Shown here one piece after another: positions 13,802-23,434 of a stretch of DNA of 64,000 nt. The notes under the pieces are model-generated. The model was given only the letters and a program-made list of their open reading frames with translations. It had not been told where the DNA came from and did no database searches. Both the position numbers and the translations under genes were made by a program. The stretch lies in the NCBI GenBank assembly GCA_913041415.1, contig CAJWHS010000005.1, forward strand, positions 218-64,217. The letters are read 5' to 3'. The stretch comes from an uncultured Acidimicrobiaceae bacterium. GTDB taxonomy: Bacteria > Actinomycetota > Acidimicrobiia > Acidimicrobiales > Aldehydirespiratoraceae. Position 1 is the stretch's first letter, and the number at the start of each line of letters is the position of its first letter.

Positions 13802-14289
13802 CTAGAAGCCGAATGGGGTTTCGGCGATGCCGGTCGCTTTGGTGCCCTCGATGGCCAAGAGCGCTCTAGGTCGGACGCCATCGCGGCCCGGTGTTGCAGG
13901 CCGGCCTTGTTCGTCGCCGATCGTCGTCACGAACAGCGTTCTGCGGTCTTCGCCGCCGAACGCCGACATCGATGGATTCTCGAGCGGCACGTCGATCCGG
14001 TCGGTGACCGTGCCGTCGGGTTCAAGCCGATGCAACGCGCGACGGTTGTCGACATCGGCCCTGTCGACCTCGTAGAGCACATTCTCGATGGCGAGTACGA
14101 GCACACCCGGCCGATCCGTCAGGGCAATCGTTCCGACTCGCCCCGGAAGGCCGCGCCGCCCGCGGGATCGAAGCGGTGCACGACACAGGCCTCAATGTCG
14201 GTCCAGTAGAGCGCCTGGTCGAGCTCGGACCAGACGGGACATTCGCCGAGGCATGCCGGGGTATCGATGGCGACGCTGACGGTGCTCAC
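13802..14289 (-). pseudogene. SMP-30/gluconolactonase/LRE-family gene remnant (frameshifted and shortened)
   Basis: Frame 1 from GTG 14289 reads VSTVSVAIDTPACLGECPVWSELDQALYWTDIEACVVHRFDPAGGAA and then hits TGA at 14119-14121. A second frame continues LPGRVGTIALTDRPGVLVLAIENVLYEV... to the stop at 13802. The combined length of about 160 aa is roughly half of a normal family member. Confidence 0.6.
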
Positions 14290-14447
14290 GGGACGACGCT
14301 CTTGGCCACGTCGGCCTCGCAGGTGACGCAGCGGTGGAGATCGACGGGGCGGCCGGGTCCTACGAGGAGTGTCATGATGCGCATCGGGGAGTATCCAACC
14401 TTGCCCTTCTCACTGGGGTGGGTGGGGCGGGCCCTTGGCCGCTCGGT

Positions 14448-15440
14448 TCAGTACTCGATGTCGGAGTACTCGCTGACCTTCTCCAGCCGGTGGCGGGCCG
14501 TGACCTGGCGGACCGTTCCCGACTTTGATCGCATCACGAGCGATTCGGTCGTGGCGCCCTGACTGTCGAAGTGCACGCCGGTGAGCAGGTCGCCGTCGGT
14601 GATGCCGGTGGCGGCGAAGAAGCAGTCGTCACTCTCAATGAGGTCGTTGACGGTGAGGATGCGGTCAAGATCGTAGCCCTGGTCGATGGCCTGCTGACGC
14701 TCGCGATCGTTGCGTGGCCAGAGCCGTCCGAGCTGCTCGCCCCCCATGCACTTGAGTGCAGCGGCGGTGATCACCCCCTCGGGCGTGCCACCGATGCCGA
14801 TGAGGATGTCGGCGCCGGCGTCGGGCCAGGCGGTCGAGATGGCGCCGGCGACATCGCCGTCGGGGATGAGACGGATCCGGGCGCCGGCCTCGCGCACCTC
14901 CCTGATGTGGTCGGCGTGTCGGTCGCGGTCGAGGATGACGACGGTGAGATCTTGTACTTCCTCACCCTTGGCCTTGGCCACATTGTGGAGGTTCTCGGTG
15001 ATCGACGCGTCGAGGCCGATCGCCCCCTTTGCTTCGGGGCCGACCGCGATCTTCTCCATGTACATACACGGACCGGGGTCGAACATGGTACCCCGGGGCG
15101 ACACGGCGATGACGGCCAGCGCGTTGCCGCGACCGAGGGCGGTCAGGGTCGTGCCGTCGATCGGGTCGACGGCGATGTCGGTCTCAGCGTCGGTGCCATC
15201 ACCGATGCGCTCTCCGTTGTAGAGCATCGGCGCCTCGTCCTTTTCGCCTTCGCCGATGACGACCACGCCGTCCATCGACACGGATCGGAGCATGTGGCGC
15301 ATGGCATCGACGGCGGCGCCGTCAGCCCCTTCCTTGTCACCCCGGCCCATCCAGCGGGAGGCGGCCAGCGCCGCCGACTCGGTGACTCGGACCAGCTCGA
15401 GTGCGAGGTTGCGGTCCGGCATGATGGGAGCGTTCGCCAT
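14448..15440 (-). CDS. glpX: class II fructose-1,6-bisphosphatase
   Basis: I chose the internal ATG at 15440 in ORF 14448..15875. [47 protein letters not shown]... matches GlpX throughout. The region upstream of it in the ORF is R/P-rich and not protein-like. Confidence 0.93.
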   Translation of the reverse strand: MANAPIMPDRNLALELVRVTESAALAASRWMGRGDKEGADGAAVDAMRHMLRSVSMDGVVVIGEGEKDEAPMLYNGERIGDGTDAETDIAVDPIDGTTLTALGRGNALAVIAVSPRGTMFDPGPCMYMEKIAVGPEAKGAIGLDASITENLHNVAKAKGEEVQDLTVVILDRDRHADHIREVREAGARIRLIPDGDVAGAISTAWPDAGADILIGIGGTPEGVITAAALKCMGGEQLGRLWPRNDRERQQAIDQGYDLDRILTVNDLIESDDCFFAATGITDGDLLTGVHFDSQGATTESLVMRSKSGTVRQVTARHRLEKVSEYSDIEY

Positions 15441-15502
15441 GTCCCGGACGGTAGTCGAATCGGATGGTGAGGGCTGCCCAGTGAACATGCAAACATGGCG
15501 TC

Positions 15503-16270
15503 GTGCCTTCGTTTCCCAACCCGTTCCGCCGCAATGAGTCCGACGACAATCCCGACCTCGTCGACGACGAGGAGGATCTGGTCGATGACGCTGAAAGCGA
15601 GTGGCTGGCCTACGAACTGCACGAGTGGGCGTCGGAGACCCGGGCGATGCTGGCCCAACTGTTGATCGCTGACCAGGTGCCGCACTCGTGGCAAGGCACC
15701 ACCTTGCTGGCGCACGAGTCGATCGAGGAAACCGTCGACTCGTTGATCGAGGAGGCCGAGTCGGCCGAGAACACCGACCTCGACCCCGACAAGGAGCAGG
15801 TCGCCTTCGAGATGGAGGGCTGGTCCGCTGAGCTCCAGGCTGCTTTGGCCGAGCGACTCGGCGCTGCAGCAGCACCTCACGAGTTCGATGCCGATGGTGA
15901 CCTCGTCGTGCACGAGGAGGATGAGGAGCAGGTCGAGATGGTGATCGAGGATCTGCTCGCCCGTGCGGCTGAAGAGGGCTTGGAGGAACTCGACGGTCTC
16001 GAGGTCAACGATCTGCTGTCTTACATGTTCACCGCCACCGATCGGTTGCGGCGCAACGTTCACGATGGCCCCGCCGTTTTGGCCGCCGTCGAGCACGGGC
16101 GCCGCATTGCCGGCGTCGCCACTCCCTTTGGTTTCGGAGCGTCGCAGTGGTCGGCGCTGCGCCAGCGTTGTGAAGAACTGATCGAACTGCTTGAGGCCGA
16201 CGACAGCGAAGATGGGGACATCGTCGATCTCGCTCAACGAATGCGGGATTCGCTCCAACGCGTGATCTGA
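15503..16270 (+). CDS. acidic hypothetical protein with two tandem ~55-aa repeats
   Basis: 255-aa ORF, divergent from glpX. Repeat 1 is [31 protein letters not shown]...[14 protein letters not shown]. Repeat 2 is [31 protein letters not shown]...[14 protein letters not shown]. Confidence 0.6.
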   Translation: MPSFPNPFRRNESDDNPDLVDDEEDLVDDAESEWLAYELHEWASETRAMLAQLLIADQVPHSWQGTTLLAHESIEETVDSLIEEAESAENTDLDPDKEQVAFEMEGWSAELQAALAERLGAAAAPHEFDADGDLVVHEEDEEQVEMVIEDLLARAAEEGLEELDGLEVNDLLSYMFTATDRLRRNVHDGPAVLAAVEHGRRIAGVATPFGFGASQWSALRQRCEELIELLEADDSEDGDIVDLAQRMRDSLQRVI

Positions 16271-16318
16271 CGCCGAACAAGGAGTAGGCATCGTCGGAGT
16301 TCTACGCTTGGAAACTGA

Positions 16319-17029
16319 ATGTTGTTGGCAGAACTCGAGGTGTTCCACTCGCGTCCGATCGCGCCTACCCGACGGGTCGCGCTCGGCAATATGTTGCTGC
16401 CCTGTGACCCTGGACCCGGCGTCGGTGGCGTGCTCCTCGGTGCTGTCGCAGCCCGTTTCACGCCAGAGCTCGATCCCGACCTCATCCCTGATCTGGTGTC
16501 GCTGACCCACGAAGTCGAGGCCGGTCGGCGGATTCCTCAGCCGCGTCTGCGGCACCGGCTTCAGGAAGACCGCATCGGTCTCACCCGAAGCGCGCATCGG
16601 CTGTTCCGTCACGATGAGGATGGCGAGTTGAGCCTGTCGTTCGCAGAGGAGCGCAGCCTGCCCGGGCAGATGGTTCTCGGCGCGATCTACGCCGTGCAGT
16701 CGTTGCCGTTGCATCTGCGCGGTGCGGTGCTGTCGTCGATCCGTCGGGGTATCTCGTGGAACGGCGACATCGGGCCGGCGTTGCTCGTATACCTCTCCGG
16801 CCGAGGCTCGGGTTCGCTGCAGGCTGATGCACTCGCCGACCCCGTCGGGTGGGCGTTGCGGACCCTTGGTTTCGACCTCGAGGCCGGTACGCCCGAGCGG
16901 TCCGCCATCCAGCGATCGTTCCGTCAGAGCCTGATCGAAGCCCATCCGGATCACGGCGGTGCCGACGACGAAGCAGCGCAGCGGATCGCCGACATCACCG
17001 AGGCCCGGCGTATTCTTCTGGCCTCGTGA
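16319..17029 (+). CDS. J-domain (DnaJ-like) protein
   Basis: 236-aa ORF. The C-terminal 60 aa read ...IQRSFRQSLIEAHPDHGGADDEAAQRIADITEARRIL, with the HPD tripeptide in J-domain helix II/III context. The N-terminal 170 aa are unassigned. Confidence 0.65.
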   Translation: MLLAELEVFHSRPIAPTRRVALGNMLLPCDPGPGVGGVLLGAVAARFTPELDPDLIPDLVSLTHEVEAGRRIPQPRLRHRLQEDRIGLTRSAHRLFRHDEDGELSLSFAEERSLPGQMVLGAIYAVQSLPLHLRGAVLSSIRRGISWNGDIGPALLVYLSGRGSGSLQADALADPVGWALRTLGFDLEAGTPERSAIQRSFRQSLIEAHPDHGGADDEAAQRIADITEARRILLAS

Positions 17030-17589
17030 GTGCACCCGCTGGTCTTCTGCTGACGCACGGCGCCGGTGGTGGCGCCGACCATCGTCTCCTCGTCGCACTC
17101 GAGGACCAGCTCGACATTCCGGTTCGCCGAATGGAGTTCCCGTACCGCGCCGAAGGCCGCAAGGCGCCCGATCGGGCCCCCAAGCTGATCGCGTCAGTGG
17201 TCAAGGGGGCCGAACGGTTTGCCGCCGAGTTCGGCTGCGATCCAGCTGAGCTTGCGTTCGGTGGGCGCTCGATGGGCGGCCGAATCTGCTCGATGGCGAT
17301 CGCCGAAGGCCTGCCGGCCGCCGCCGTCGTGCTTCTCAGCTACCCCCTCCATCCGCCGGGCAAGCCTGAGCGTCTTCGCATCGAGCACTTTCCCGACCTC
17401 GCCGTGCCCTCGCTCTTCGTCAACGGAGACCGTGATCCGTTCGGCACGCCCGCCGAACTCGCTGAACACATCCCCGCTATCGCCGGGCCGGTCGATGTCC
17501 ACTGGCTCGAGGGGCAGCGCCATGACCCCAAGCCCGTCTTCGACGACGAGATCATCGAGGTGGTCGGCCGGTTCCTCTCGGGCCTCTAG
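17026..17589 (+). CDS. alpha/beta hydrolase (dienelactone hydrolase / KANL3-Tex30-like)
   Basis: The GTG at 17026 overlaps the preceding stop (GTGA). It has THGAGGG, the nucleophile elbow GGRSMGG, and the acid/His region NGDRDPFG...GQRHD. Confidence 0.75.
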   Translation: MSAPAGLLLTHGAGGGADHRLLVALEDQLDIPVRRMEFPYRAEGRKAPDRAPKLIASVVKGAERFAAEFGCDPAELAFGGRSMGGRICSMAIAEGLPAAAVVLLSYPLHPPGKPERLRIEHFPDLAVPSLFVNGDRDPFGTPAELAEHIPAIAGPVDVHWLEGQRHDPKPVFDDEIIEVVGRFLSGL

Positions 17590-17599
17590 CCTCGAATCG

Positions 17600-18664
17600 A
17601 TGCTGGAACGGATTAAGAGCCTCGAGAACGAGCTGCGTGACGTCGAGATCCGCCTGGGAGACCCGGCGGTGCAGTCTGACCCACGCCAGCTCGCCGATCT
17701 CGGCCGCCGGTTCAAGCAGCTCGAGGCGGTCGTCGCCGTGGCCCAGCGGTTGCGGAGTGCAGCCGACGACATTGTGGAGTTCAGGGAGATGCTGTCGGCG
17801 ACCGAGGGCGACGATCGCGACGAGATGCGGGCTGAGATCGAGCGGCTCGAGGCCCAGGTCGTCACCGACGAGGAGCAGCTGCGGGTCCTGTTGTTGCCTC
17901 CCGATCCCAATGACGGCCGCAACGTGATCCTCGAGATCCGGGGTGCGGCCGGTGGCGAGGAGGCCAACCTCTTCGCCAAGGACCTTTTCGATATGTTCGA
18001 GTCGTTCGCCAAGCGGCAGGGCTGGCGCATGGAAGTCATGTCGGCATCGCACAGCGATCTTGGCGGCTTCAGTGAGGTCACCGCCATGCTGTCGGGCGAT
18101 GCCGTGTGGACCCGAATGAAGCACGAGGCCGGCACCCACCGGGTGCAGCGGGTGCCTGTCACCGAAAGCCAGGGCCGCGTGCACACCTCATCCGCCACCG
18201 TGCTCGTGATCCCAGAGGCCGACGAAGTCGAGATTGAGGTCGACGATAACGACCTTCGGATCGACACCTACCGGGCGTCGGGCCCGGGCGGTCAATCCGT
18301 CAACACGATGGATTCTGCTGTGCGCATCACCCATCTCCCCACCGGTGTGGTTGTGTCGATGCAGGACGAGAAATCCCAGCTCAAGAACAAAGACAAGGCG
18401 TTGAGGGTGCTGAAGAGCCGCCTGCTCCAGCTCGAGCAGGAGAAGGCCGACGCCGAGGCCGCGGCACTGCGCGGCTCTCAGGTCGGCTCGGGCGATCGCT
18501 CCGAGAAGATCCGGACGTACAACTACAAGGAGAACCGGGTCACCGATCACCGCATCGGTCTCACGATCCACAAACTCGACCGAATCGTGGCCGGCGAACT
18601 CGACGAGATCAGCGATGCGTTGATCGCCGAGGAGCGCCGCCGGCAACTCGAGGACGACGAGTGA
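17600..18664 (+). CDS. prfA: peptide chain release factor 1
   Basis: I chose the internal ATG at 17600 in ORF 17219..18664. It has the PVT tripeptide context (RVQRVPVTESQGR) and the GGQ motif (SGPGGQSVN). Confidence 0.95.
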   Translation: MLERIKSLENELRDVEIRLGDPAVQSDPRQLADLGRRFKQLEAVVAVAQRLRSAADDIVEFREMLSATEGDDRDEMRAEIERLEAQVVTDEEQLRVLLLPPDPNDGRNVILEIRGAAGGEEANLFAKDLFDMFESFAKRQGWRMEVMSASHSDLGGFSEVTAMLSGDAVWTRMKHEAGTHRVQRVPVTESQGRVHTSSATVLVIPEADEVEIEVDDNDLRIDTYRASGPGGQSVNTMDSAVRITHLPTGVVVSMQDEKSQLKNKDKALRVLKSRLLQLEQEKADAEAAALRGSQVGSGDRSEKIRTYNYKENRVTDHRIGLTIHKLDRIVAGELDEISDALIAEERRRQLEDDE

Positions 18665-19566
18665 GCGACAACGATCCTGAGGCTGCGAATCTCGACGGCA
18701 CCGTCAACTGGTCCGAGCTCCTCGCGGAGGCCACCACTCGCTTCGAACGGGCAGGGCTCGAGTCACCGGCAATCGACGCCCGTCGCATCGTCGAGGAGGT
18801 CACCGGCAGGGAGCCGAGCGAGTTCTACGGTGTGCTCGATACCCCTGCCACCGTGCGCGGCGTAGCTTCGTTCGACCGACTGGTCGCCCGCCGCGAGGGT
18901 GGCGAGCCCCTCCAGTACGTCGTCGGCCGGTGGGGATTCCGTCACCTCGATCTCATGGTCGACCGTCGGGTACTGATTCCGCGGCCAGAAACCGAGGTCG
19001 TTGCCGGGCTTGCGATCGAAGAAGTCGTCGCTCGAAGCGGCGCCGGACGTGAGGTGGTCGTCGCTGATCTCGGCACGGGATCTGGTGCTCTCGGCTTTGC
19101 CATCGCCACCGAGTGTGCCGCCGCACGCGTGCTCGCCACCGACCGGTCTCCCGATGCGCTCGCCGTGGCGCAGGCCAACCTCGCCGGGCTCGGCCGGGCC
19201 GCCGGCCGCGTGAGTCTTCACGAGGGCTCGTGGTTCGATGCCTTGCCGGCGAGCGTGCGTGGCGCGATCGACGTTCTCGTCTCCAACCCGCCGTACATCG
19301 GCGACGATGAGGAGCTTTCCGCCGTCGTGGGCGAGTGGGAGCCTTCGGAGGCGCTGCGGGCCGGTCCCGTCGGCGACGAGGATCTGCAGACGATTCTTCA
19401 GGGTGCTGACGAGTGGGTGGCGCCGGGCGGTGCCGTCGTGCTCGAGATGGCCCCCGACCAGACTGCAGTGATCGCCGACCGGTTTTGTCAGGCCGGTTGG
19501 CAGGCGTCGGTTCACGGCGATCTCGCCGGACGCGACCGCGCCGTCGTCGCCCGAAAGCGGGGCTGA
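18661..19566 (+). CDS. prmC: release-factor glutamine N5-methyltransferase
   Basis: 301-aa ORF that overlaps the prfA stop. SAM motif DLGTGSG and catalytic NPPY (LVSNPPYI). Confidence 0.9.
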   Translation: MSDNDPEAANLDGTVNWSELLAEATTRFERAGLESPAIDARRIVEEVTGREPSEFYGVLDTPATVRGVASFDRLVARREGGEPLQYVVGRWGFRHLDLMVDRRVLIPRPETEVVAGLAIEEVVARSGAGREVVVADLGTGSGALGFAIATECAAARVLATDRSPDALAVAQANLAGLGRAAGRVSLHEGSWFDALPASVRGAIDVLVSNPPYIGDDEELSAVVGEWEPSEALRAGPVGDEDLQTILQGADEWVAPGGAVVLEMAPDQTAVIADRFCQAGWQASVHGDLAGRDRAVVARKRG

Positions 19567-19594
19567 GGGCGAGCCTCGGGCCTAGGATCACGGC

Positions 19595-20041
19595 GTGCGC
19601 ATCGCTGTTGGTTCTGATCATGCCGGGTTCCACCTCAAGCAGGAGCTCGCCGACCACATCCGCGCTTCCGGCCATGAGATCGTCGACTGCGGCGCCCACT
19701 CCGACGACCGGGTCGATTATCCCGACTTCGGCGCTGCGGTCGGGCGGGCAGTGCGCGACGGTGACGCCGACGCCGGTCTGTGCGTCTGCGGCAGCGGCAT
19801 CGGCATCGCGATGGCAGCCAACAAGATGGACGGCATCCGGGCCGCAACGGTGCACGATGTCACGAGCGCCCGGCTCACCAAGCAGCACAACGACGCCAAT
19901 GTCATCTGTATCGGAGAACGACTGACCGGTCCCGAAGTCGCGAAAGACTGTGTCGATGCCTATCTGGCTGCCGAGTTTGAGGGTGGCCGGCACGAGGGTC
20001 GGGTCGCCAAGCTCGACGCTCTCGGCGGCGAATCCGCCTGA
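19595..20041 (+). CDS. rpiB: ribose-5-phosphate isomerase B
   Basis: 148-aa ORF MRIAVGSDHAGFHLK...CGSGIGIAMAANK..., diagnostic of the RpiB/LacAB family. Confidence 0.9.
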   Translation: MRIAVGSDHAGFHLKQELADHIRASGHEIVDCGAHSDDRVDYPDFGAAVGRAVRDGDADAGLCVCGSGIGIAMAANKMDGIRAATVHDVTSARLTKQHNDANVICIGERLTGPEVAKDCVDAYLAAEFEGGRHEGRVAKLDALGGESA

Positions 20042-20131
20042 CGGGACATTTGGGCGTTCTTTCGGTCGTCGACACGGCTGCGGCGCGGCGGCACCGATAC
20101 GCTTTCCACGTTCCACTCTGGAGGTGACACC

Positions 20132-21385
20132 ATGCCGTGGCCCAGCAGCGCCGACGATCCCGCCCTGAAGCTCATCCGCGATGAAGAGATTCGTCAGAAC
20201 TCGACCATCCAGCTGATCGCCAGCGAGAACTTCGCCTCGCCCGCCACGATGGCGGCCACCGGGTCGGTGCTCACCAACAAGTACTCTGAGGGCTACCCCG
20301 GCAAGCGGTACTACGGCGGCAACATGGTCGTCGACCAACTCGAGGACCTCGCCCGTGACCGCATCTGTGAGGTCTTCGGTGCCGACCACGCGAACGTGCA
20401 GCCCCACGCCGGCGCCATCGCCAACATGGGCGTCTACCAGGCCCTCCTTGAGCCGGGCGACACGATCCTCGGCCTCAGCCTCGACCACGGCGGCCACCTC
20501 ACCCACGGTTCGCCGGTCAACTTCTCCGGTCTGCAGTACAACTTCGTTAGCTACGGGGTGACCGCCAGCGACGAGCGCATTGACATGGAAGAGGTGCGCG
20601 CCAAGGCTCACGAGCGCAAGCCCAAACTCATCGTGGCTGGCGCTACCGCGTACCCGCGCATCATCGATCCGGCGCCGTTCCGCGAAATCGCCAACGAGGT
20701 CGGTGCTTTGCTCATGTTCGACGCCGCTCACATCGCCGGTTTGATCGCCGGTGGCGTGCATCCCAACCCGATGCCGTATGTCGACGTCATGACCTTCACC
20801 ACGCACAAGACCCTCCGGGGCCCGCGTGGTGGTTGCATTCTGAGCCGTGCTGAGCACGCCGCCGCCATCGACAAGGCCATGTTCCCGGGCCTGCAGGGCG
20901 GCCCGCTCGAGCACGCCATCGCCGCGAAGGCCGTCGCCTTCGGTGAGGTTCTCGACTCGTCGTTCAAGGCCTACGCCCAGCAGGTCGTCGCCAACGCCGC
21001 CGCACTCGCCGAGGCGCTTACCGGTCATGGTTTCCGCCTCTGCTCGGGCGGCACAGACAACCACCTGCTGCTCGTCGATCTGCGCACCTTCGATGCCGAC
21101 CTCACCGGCAAGGAAGCCCAGGCGGTGCTCGACGATGCCGGGATCAGTCTCAACAAGAACACTGTGCCGGATGATCCCCGCTCACCGTTTGTCACCTCGG
21201 GCGTGCGGATCGGCACCCCGGCGGTCACGACGCAGGGCATGGGCACCGAGGAGATGGCGATCGTCGCCGACCTTATCGCTCGTGCACTGCGCAATCGGGG
21301 CGATGCCACCGCCGTCGCTGACGTGAAAATGGAGGCCGAGGCGCTGTGTTCCCGGTTCCAGCCTTACCCGGAACTCGGGGCCTGA
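20132..21385 (+). CDS. glyA: serine hydroxymethyltransferase
   Basis: 417-aa ORF with the PLP-lysine block [14 protein letters not shown] and conserved SHMT blocks throughout. RBS GGAGGTG lies upstream. Confidence 0.97.
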   Translation: MPWPSSADDPALKLIRDEEIRQNSTIQLIASENFASPATMAATGSVLTNKYSEGYPGKRYYGGNMVVDQLEDLARDRICEVFGADHANVQPHAGAIANMGVYQALLEPGDTILGLSLDHGGHLTHGSPVNFSGLQYNFVSYGVTASDERIDMEEVRAKAHERKPKLIVAGATAYPRIIDPAPFREIANEVGALLMFDAAHIAGLIAGGVHPNPMPYVDVMTFTTHKTLRGPRGGCILSRAEHAAAIDKAMFPGLQGGPLEHAIAAKAVAFGEVLDSSFKAYAQQVVANAAALAEALTGHGFRLCSGGTDNHLLLVDLRTFDADLTGKEAQAVLDDAGISLNKNTVPDDPRSPFVTSGVRIGTPAVTTQGMGTEEMAIVADLIARALRNRGDATAVADVKMEAEALCSRFQPYPELGA

Positions 21386-21412
21386 TCGAGGCCTGAGGTC
21401 GAGGACTATCAC

Positions 21413-22549
21413 GTGCCTTCGCTCTTGGCGTACGTCATCGTTGGCGGTGCTGCAGCGCTGGTCACCTTCGTTTGCGTTCCCATCATGATCCGGTTGGCGC
21501 CGCGCCTCGGCACCATGGTCCCGCCTTCCGAGCGCCACGTACACACCAGGCCCACCCCAACGGCGGGTGGAGCGGCCATGATCCTCGGTGTGATCGTGGC
21601 GGCGGCTATCGCCGCCGTACACCCCGAGTTTTCTGAGGTTATGCAGGCGCGCACCGAGATGGTGGGCGTGGTCGTCGCTGCCTGCGTGATGTGGAGCGTC
21701 GGGTTCGTCGACGATCTCCGGGAGATCTCGGCGCCAGCGAAGATCGCAGGGATGGTCCTCTCGGGCGGCATCCTGTCGCTTACGGGCGTGTCGATTCTCG
21801 TGTTCCGAGTGCCGTTTTTCGACCTGCTCGTTCTCTCTGCCGACTGGTCGTTCTTCGTCACGGTCGTTTGGGTGATCAGCATTGCCAACATCGTGAACCT
21901 GGTCGACGGCCTCGACGGCCTTGCTGCGGGCATCGTGGCCATCGCTGCGGGAACCTTCCTGCTTTACGCGCTCCGACTCGGCGATGAGGCGGTGTTGGAT
22001 CCGGCGAATCCCGGTGGCCTATGGGCGGTGATCGCACTCGGGTTGTGCCTTGGGTTCCTGCCCCACAACGTGTATCCCGCCCGGATCTTCATGGGTGATG
22101 GCGGAGCGTTGCTGCTCGGCCTCCTGATGGCGGCATCGACGATGAGCGTCGGCGGCCGAACCAGTGCGGAGTTCTCCGGCCAGGCGTTTTTCTTCTTCGC
22201 CCCGATCTTCATCCCGCTGGTGATCCTTGGCATTCCGATCCTCGACACACTCTGGGCGATCCTGCGTCGCACAATTAGCCGCCAGCGGTTGTCGACTGCC
22301 GACAAGAAGCATCTACATCACCGTCTCGTGAACCTCGGGCATGGACACCGGCGTGCCGTGCTGATCCTGTGGGCGTGGACGGCGTTGCTGTCGGCGCTGG
22401 TGCTCTACCCGACCTACACTGGCGATGGCGATGCGATTGTTCCGATTGGCATCTTGGCGCTTGCGCTTAGCCTTTTCTCGGTGCTCCATCCGCGGCTTCG
22501 TCCGGTGACACTGCCTCAGTCTGAAGAGACTGTCGTCGCCGATGAGTAG
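21413..22549 (+). CDS. wecA: undecaprenyl-phosphate GlcNAc-1-phosphate transferase (MraY/WecA family, GT4)
   Basis: 378-aa polytopic membrane ORF with NIVNLVDGLDGLAAG and the FMGDGGALLLG motif of polyprenyl-phosphate sugar-phosphate transferases. Confidence 0.85.
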   Translation: MPSLLAYVIVGGAAALVTFVCVPIMIRLAPRLGTMVPPSERHVHTRPTPTAGGAAMILGVIVAAAIAAVHPEFSEVMQARTEMVGVVVAACVMWSVGFVDDLREISAPAKIAGMVLSGGILSLTGVSILVFRVPFFDLLVLSADWSFFVTVVWVISIANIVNLVDGLDGLAAGIVAIAAGTFLLYALRLGDEAVLDPANPGGLWAVIALGLCLGFLPHNVYPARIFMGDGGALLLGLLMAASTMSVGGRTSAEFSGQAFFFFAPIFIPLVILGIPILDTLWAILRRTISRQRLSTADKKHLHHRLVNLGHGHRRAVLILWAWTALLSALVLYPTYTGDGDAIVPIGILALALSLFSVLHPRLRPVTLPQSEETVVADE

Positions 22550-22553
22550 CGGC

Positions 22554-23393
22554 TCAGATCACCTCGACGGGGACACCAAGCGGTAGCCCGATCCGTTCGA
22601 CCAGCAGGCTGATGTCGTCGTTGTGAACGCGGATGCAGCCCGACGAGACGTTGGTGCCGAGGCTGGACGGATTGTTGGTTCCGTGGATGCCGAGCTGGCC
22701 TTCACCGCCGGCAAATTCGGTGAGTACCTCCGAGTAGCCCGACAGGCCGTAGGCGTAGGTCCCGTAGACCGAGTCGGGGGTCGGCGGTTGCAGCAACTCG
22801 GTGGTGTAGTAGCGGCCGAGCGGGGTGGGCGCGTCCTCGCGGGCCACGCCGACCGTGGTCTCGAAGATCGGGACACCGCGTTCGGACAGCCCCAGCACGA
22901 AATCATCGAGTCGGACCTGGATCTCGTAGTTGTGACGGGTTAGGAGGACGTCGGCGCCGCTGACCCAGCCGACGTTCCCGTTGGGTCGGGTGGGCAGGAG
23001 CACTCGGTAGTTCTCAAGCCCATCGAACTCCTCAACCAAGAAGACAAGCGGGCCGCCGCTCGGGATCGGGTTGTCGAAGGTGAAGAGGATGTCGTCGCCA
23101 CCCGGGGAGTCGGTGACGGTGACCGTCGAGACGATCGCTTCGGCGACGAATGACAGGCCTGGAAGATCCTCGGGTGGGATGTCGAACGGGTAGGGCGAGT
23201 TCTCCTCGGCGGGGGCGACGGTGTCGTTGTCGCCCGCCGGTGTCGCGGTTGTGGTCGTCGTGGTGGTGCGTGGCCCGCCCGGGGCGAGTTCGAGTTCGGT
23301 GCCCGCCCACTCGTCAAGCAGCGAGCGTTCGGGTTGCGCGCAGGCGGTGAGCCCGAGTGCGCTCGCCCCAAGCAGGAAATGGCGTCGCTGCAT
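22554..23393 (-). CDS. L,D-transpeptidase lipoprotein (YkuD domain)
   Basis: I chose the internal ATG at 23393. Signal and lipobox MQRRHFLLGASALGLTAC, a Thr-rich linker, and the catalytic block LGIHGTNNPSSLGTNVSSGCIRV. Confidence 0.85.
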   Translation of the reverse strand: MQRRHFLLGASALGLTACAQPERSLLDEWAGTELELAPGGPRTTTTTTTATPAGDNDTVAPAEENSPYPFDIPPEDLPGLSFVAEAIVSTVTVTDSPGGDDILFTFDNPIPSGGPLVFLVEEFDGLENYRVLLPTRPNGNVGWVSGADVLLTRHNYEIQVRLDDFVLGLSERGVPIFETTVGVAREDAPTPLGRYYTTELLQPPTPDSVYGTYAYGLSGYSEVLTEFAGGEGQLGIHGTNNPSSLGTNVSSGCIRVHNDDISLLVERIGLPLGVPVEVI

Positions 23394-23434
23394 GGTCACG
23401 ACGGTACCGGCCCGGACCGTCGGGCGGAGCCACG

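Noticed and set aside
14286-14384. A 32-aa minus-strand ORF (MRIMTLLVGPGRPVDLHRCVTCEADVAKSVVP) whose TGA overlaps the GTG of the SMP-30 remnant.
   Set aside because: The GTGA overlap is suggestive of coupling. However, the peptide has no recognisable family features (it is not a ferredoxin CxxCxxC pattern), and the downstream gene is itself decayed. Evidence is insufficient.
18953-21064. 703-aa minus-strand ORF, and similar very long ORFs at 54961..57279 (772 aa), 15143..17098 (651 aa), 2214..3794 (526 aa), 37241..38830 (529 aa), 5884..6810 and 30510..31799.
   Set aside because: Each lies antisense to, or out of frame with, unmistakable conserved genes (prmC/rpiB/glyA, dnaE2, glpX and its neighbours, rho, ALDH, atpB, helicase). 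Their translations are Arg/Pro/Gly/Ala-rich with no motifs. These are the usual shadow ORFs of high-GC DNA, where stop codons are rare.
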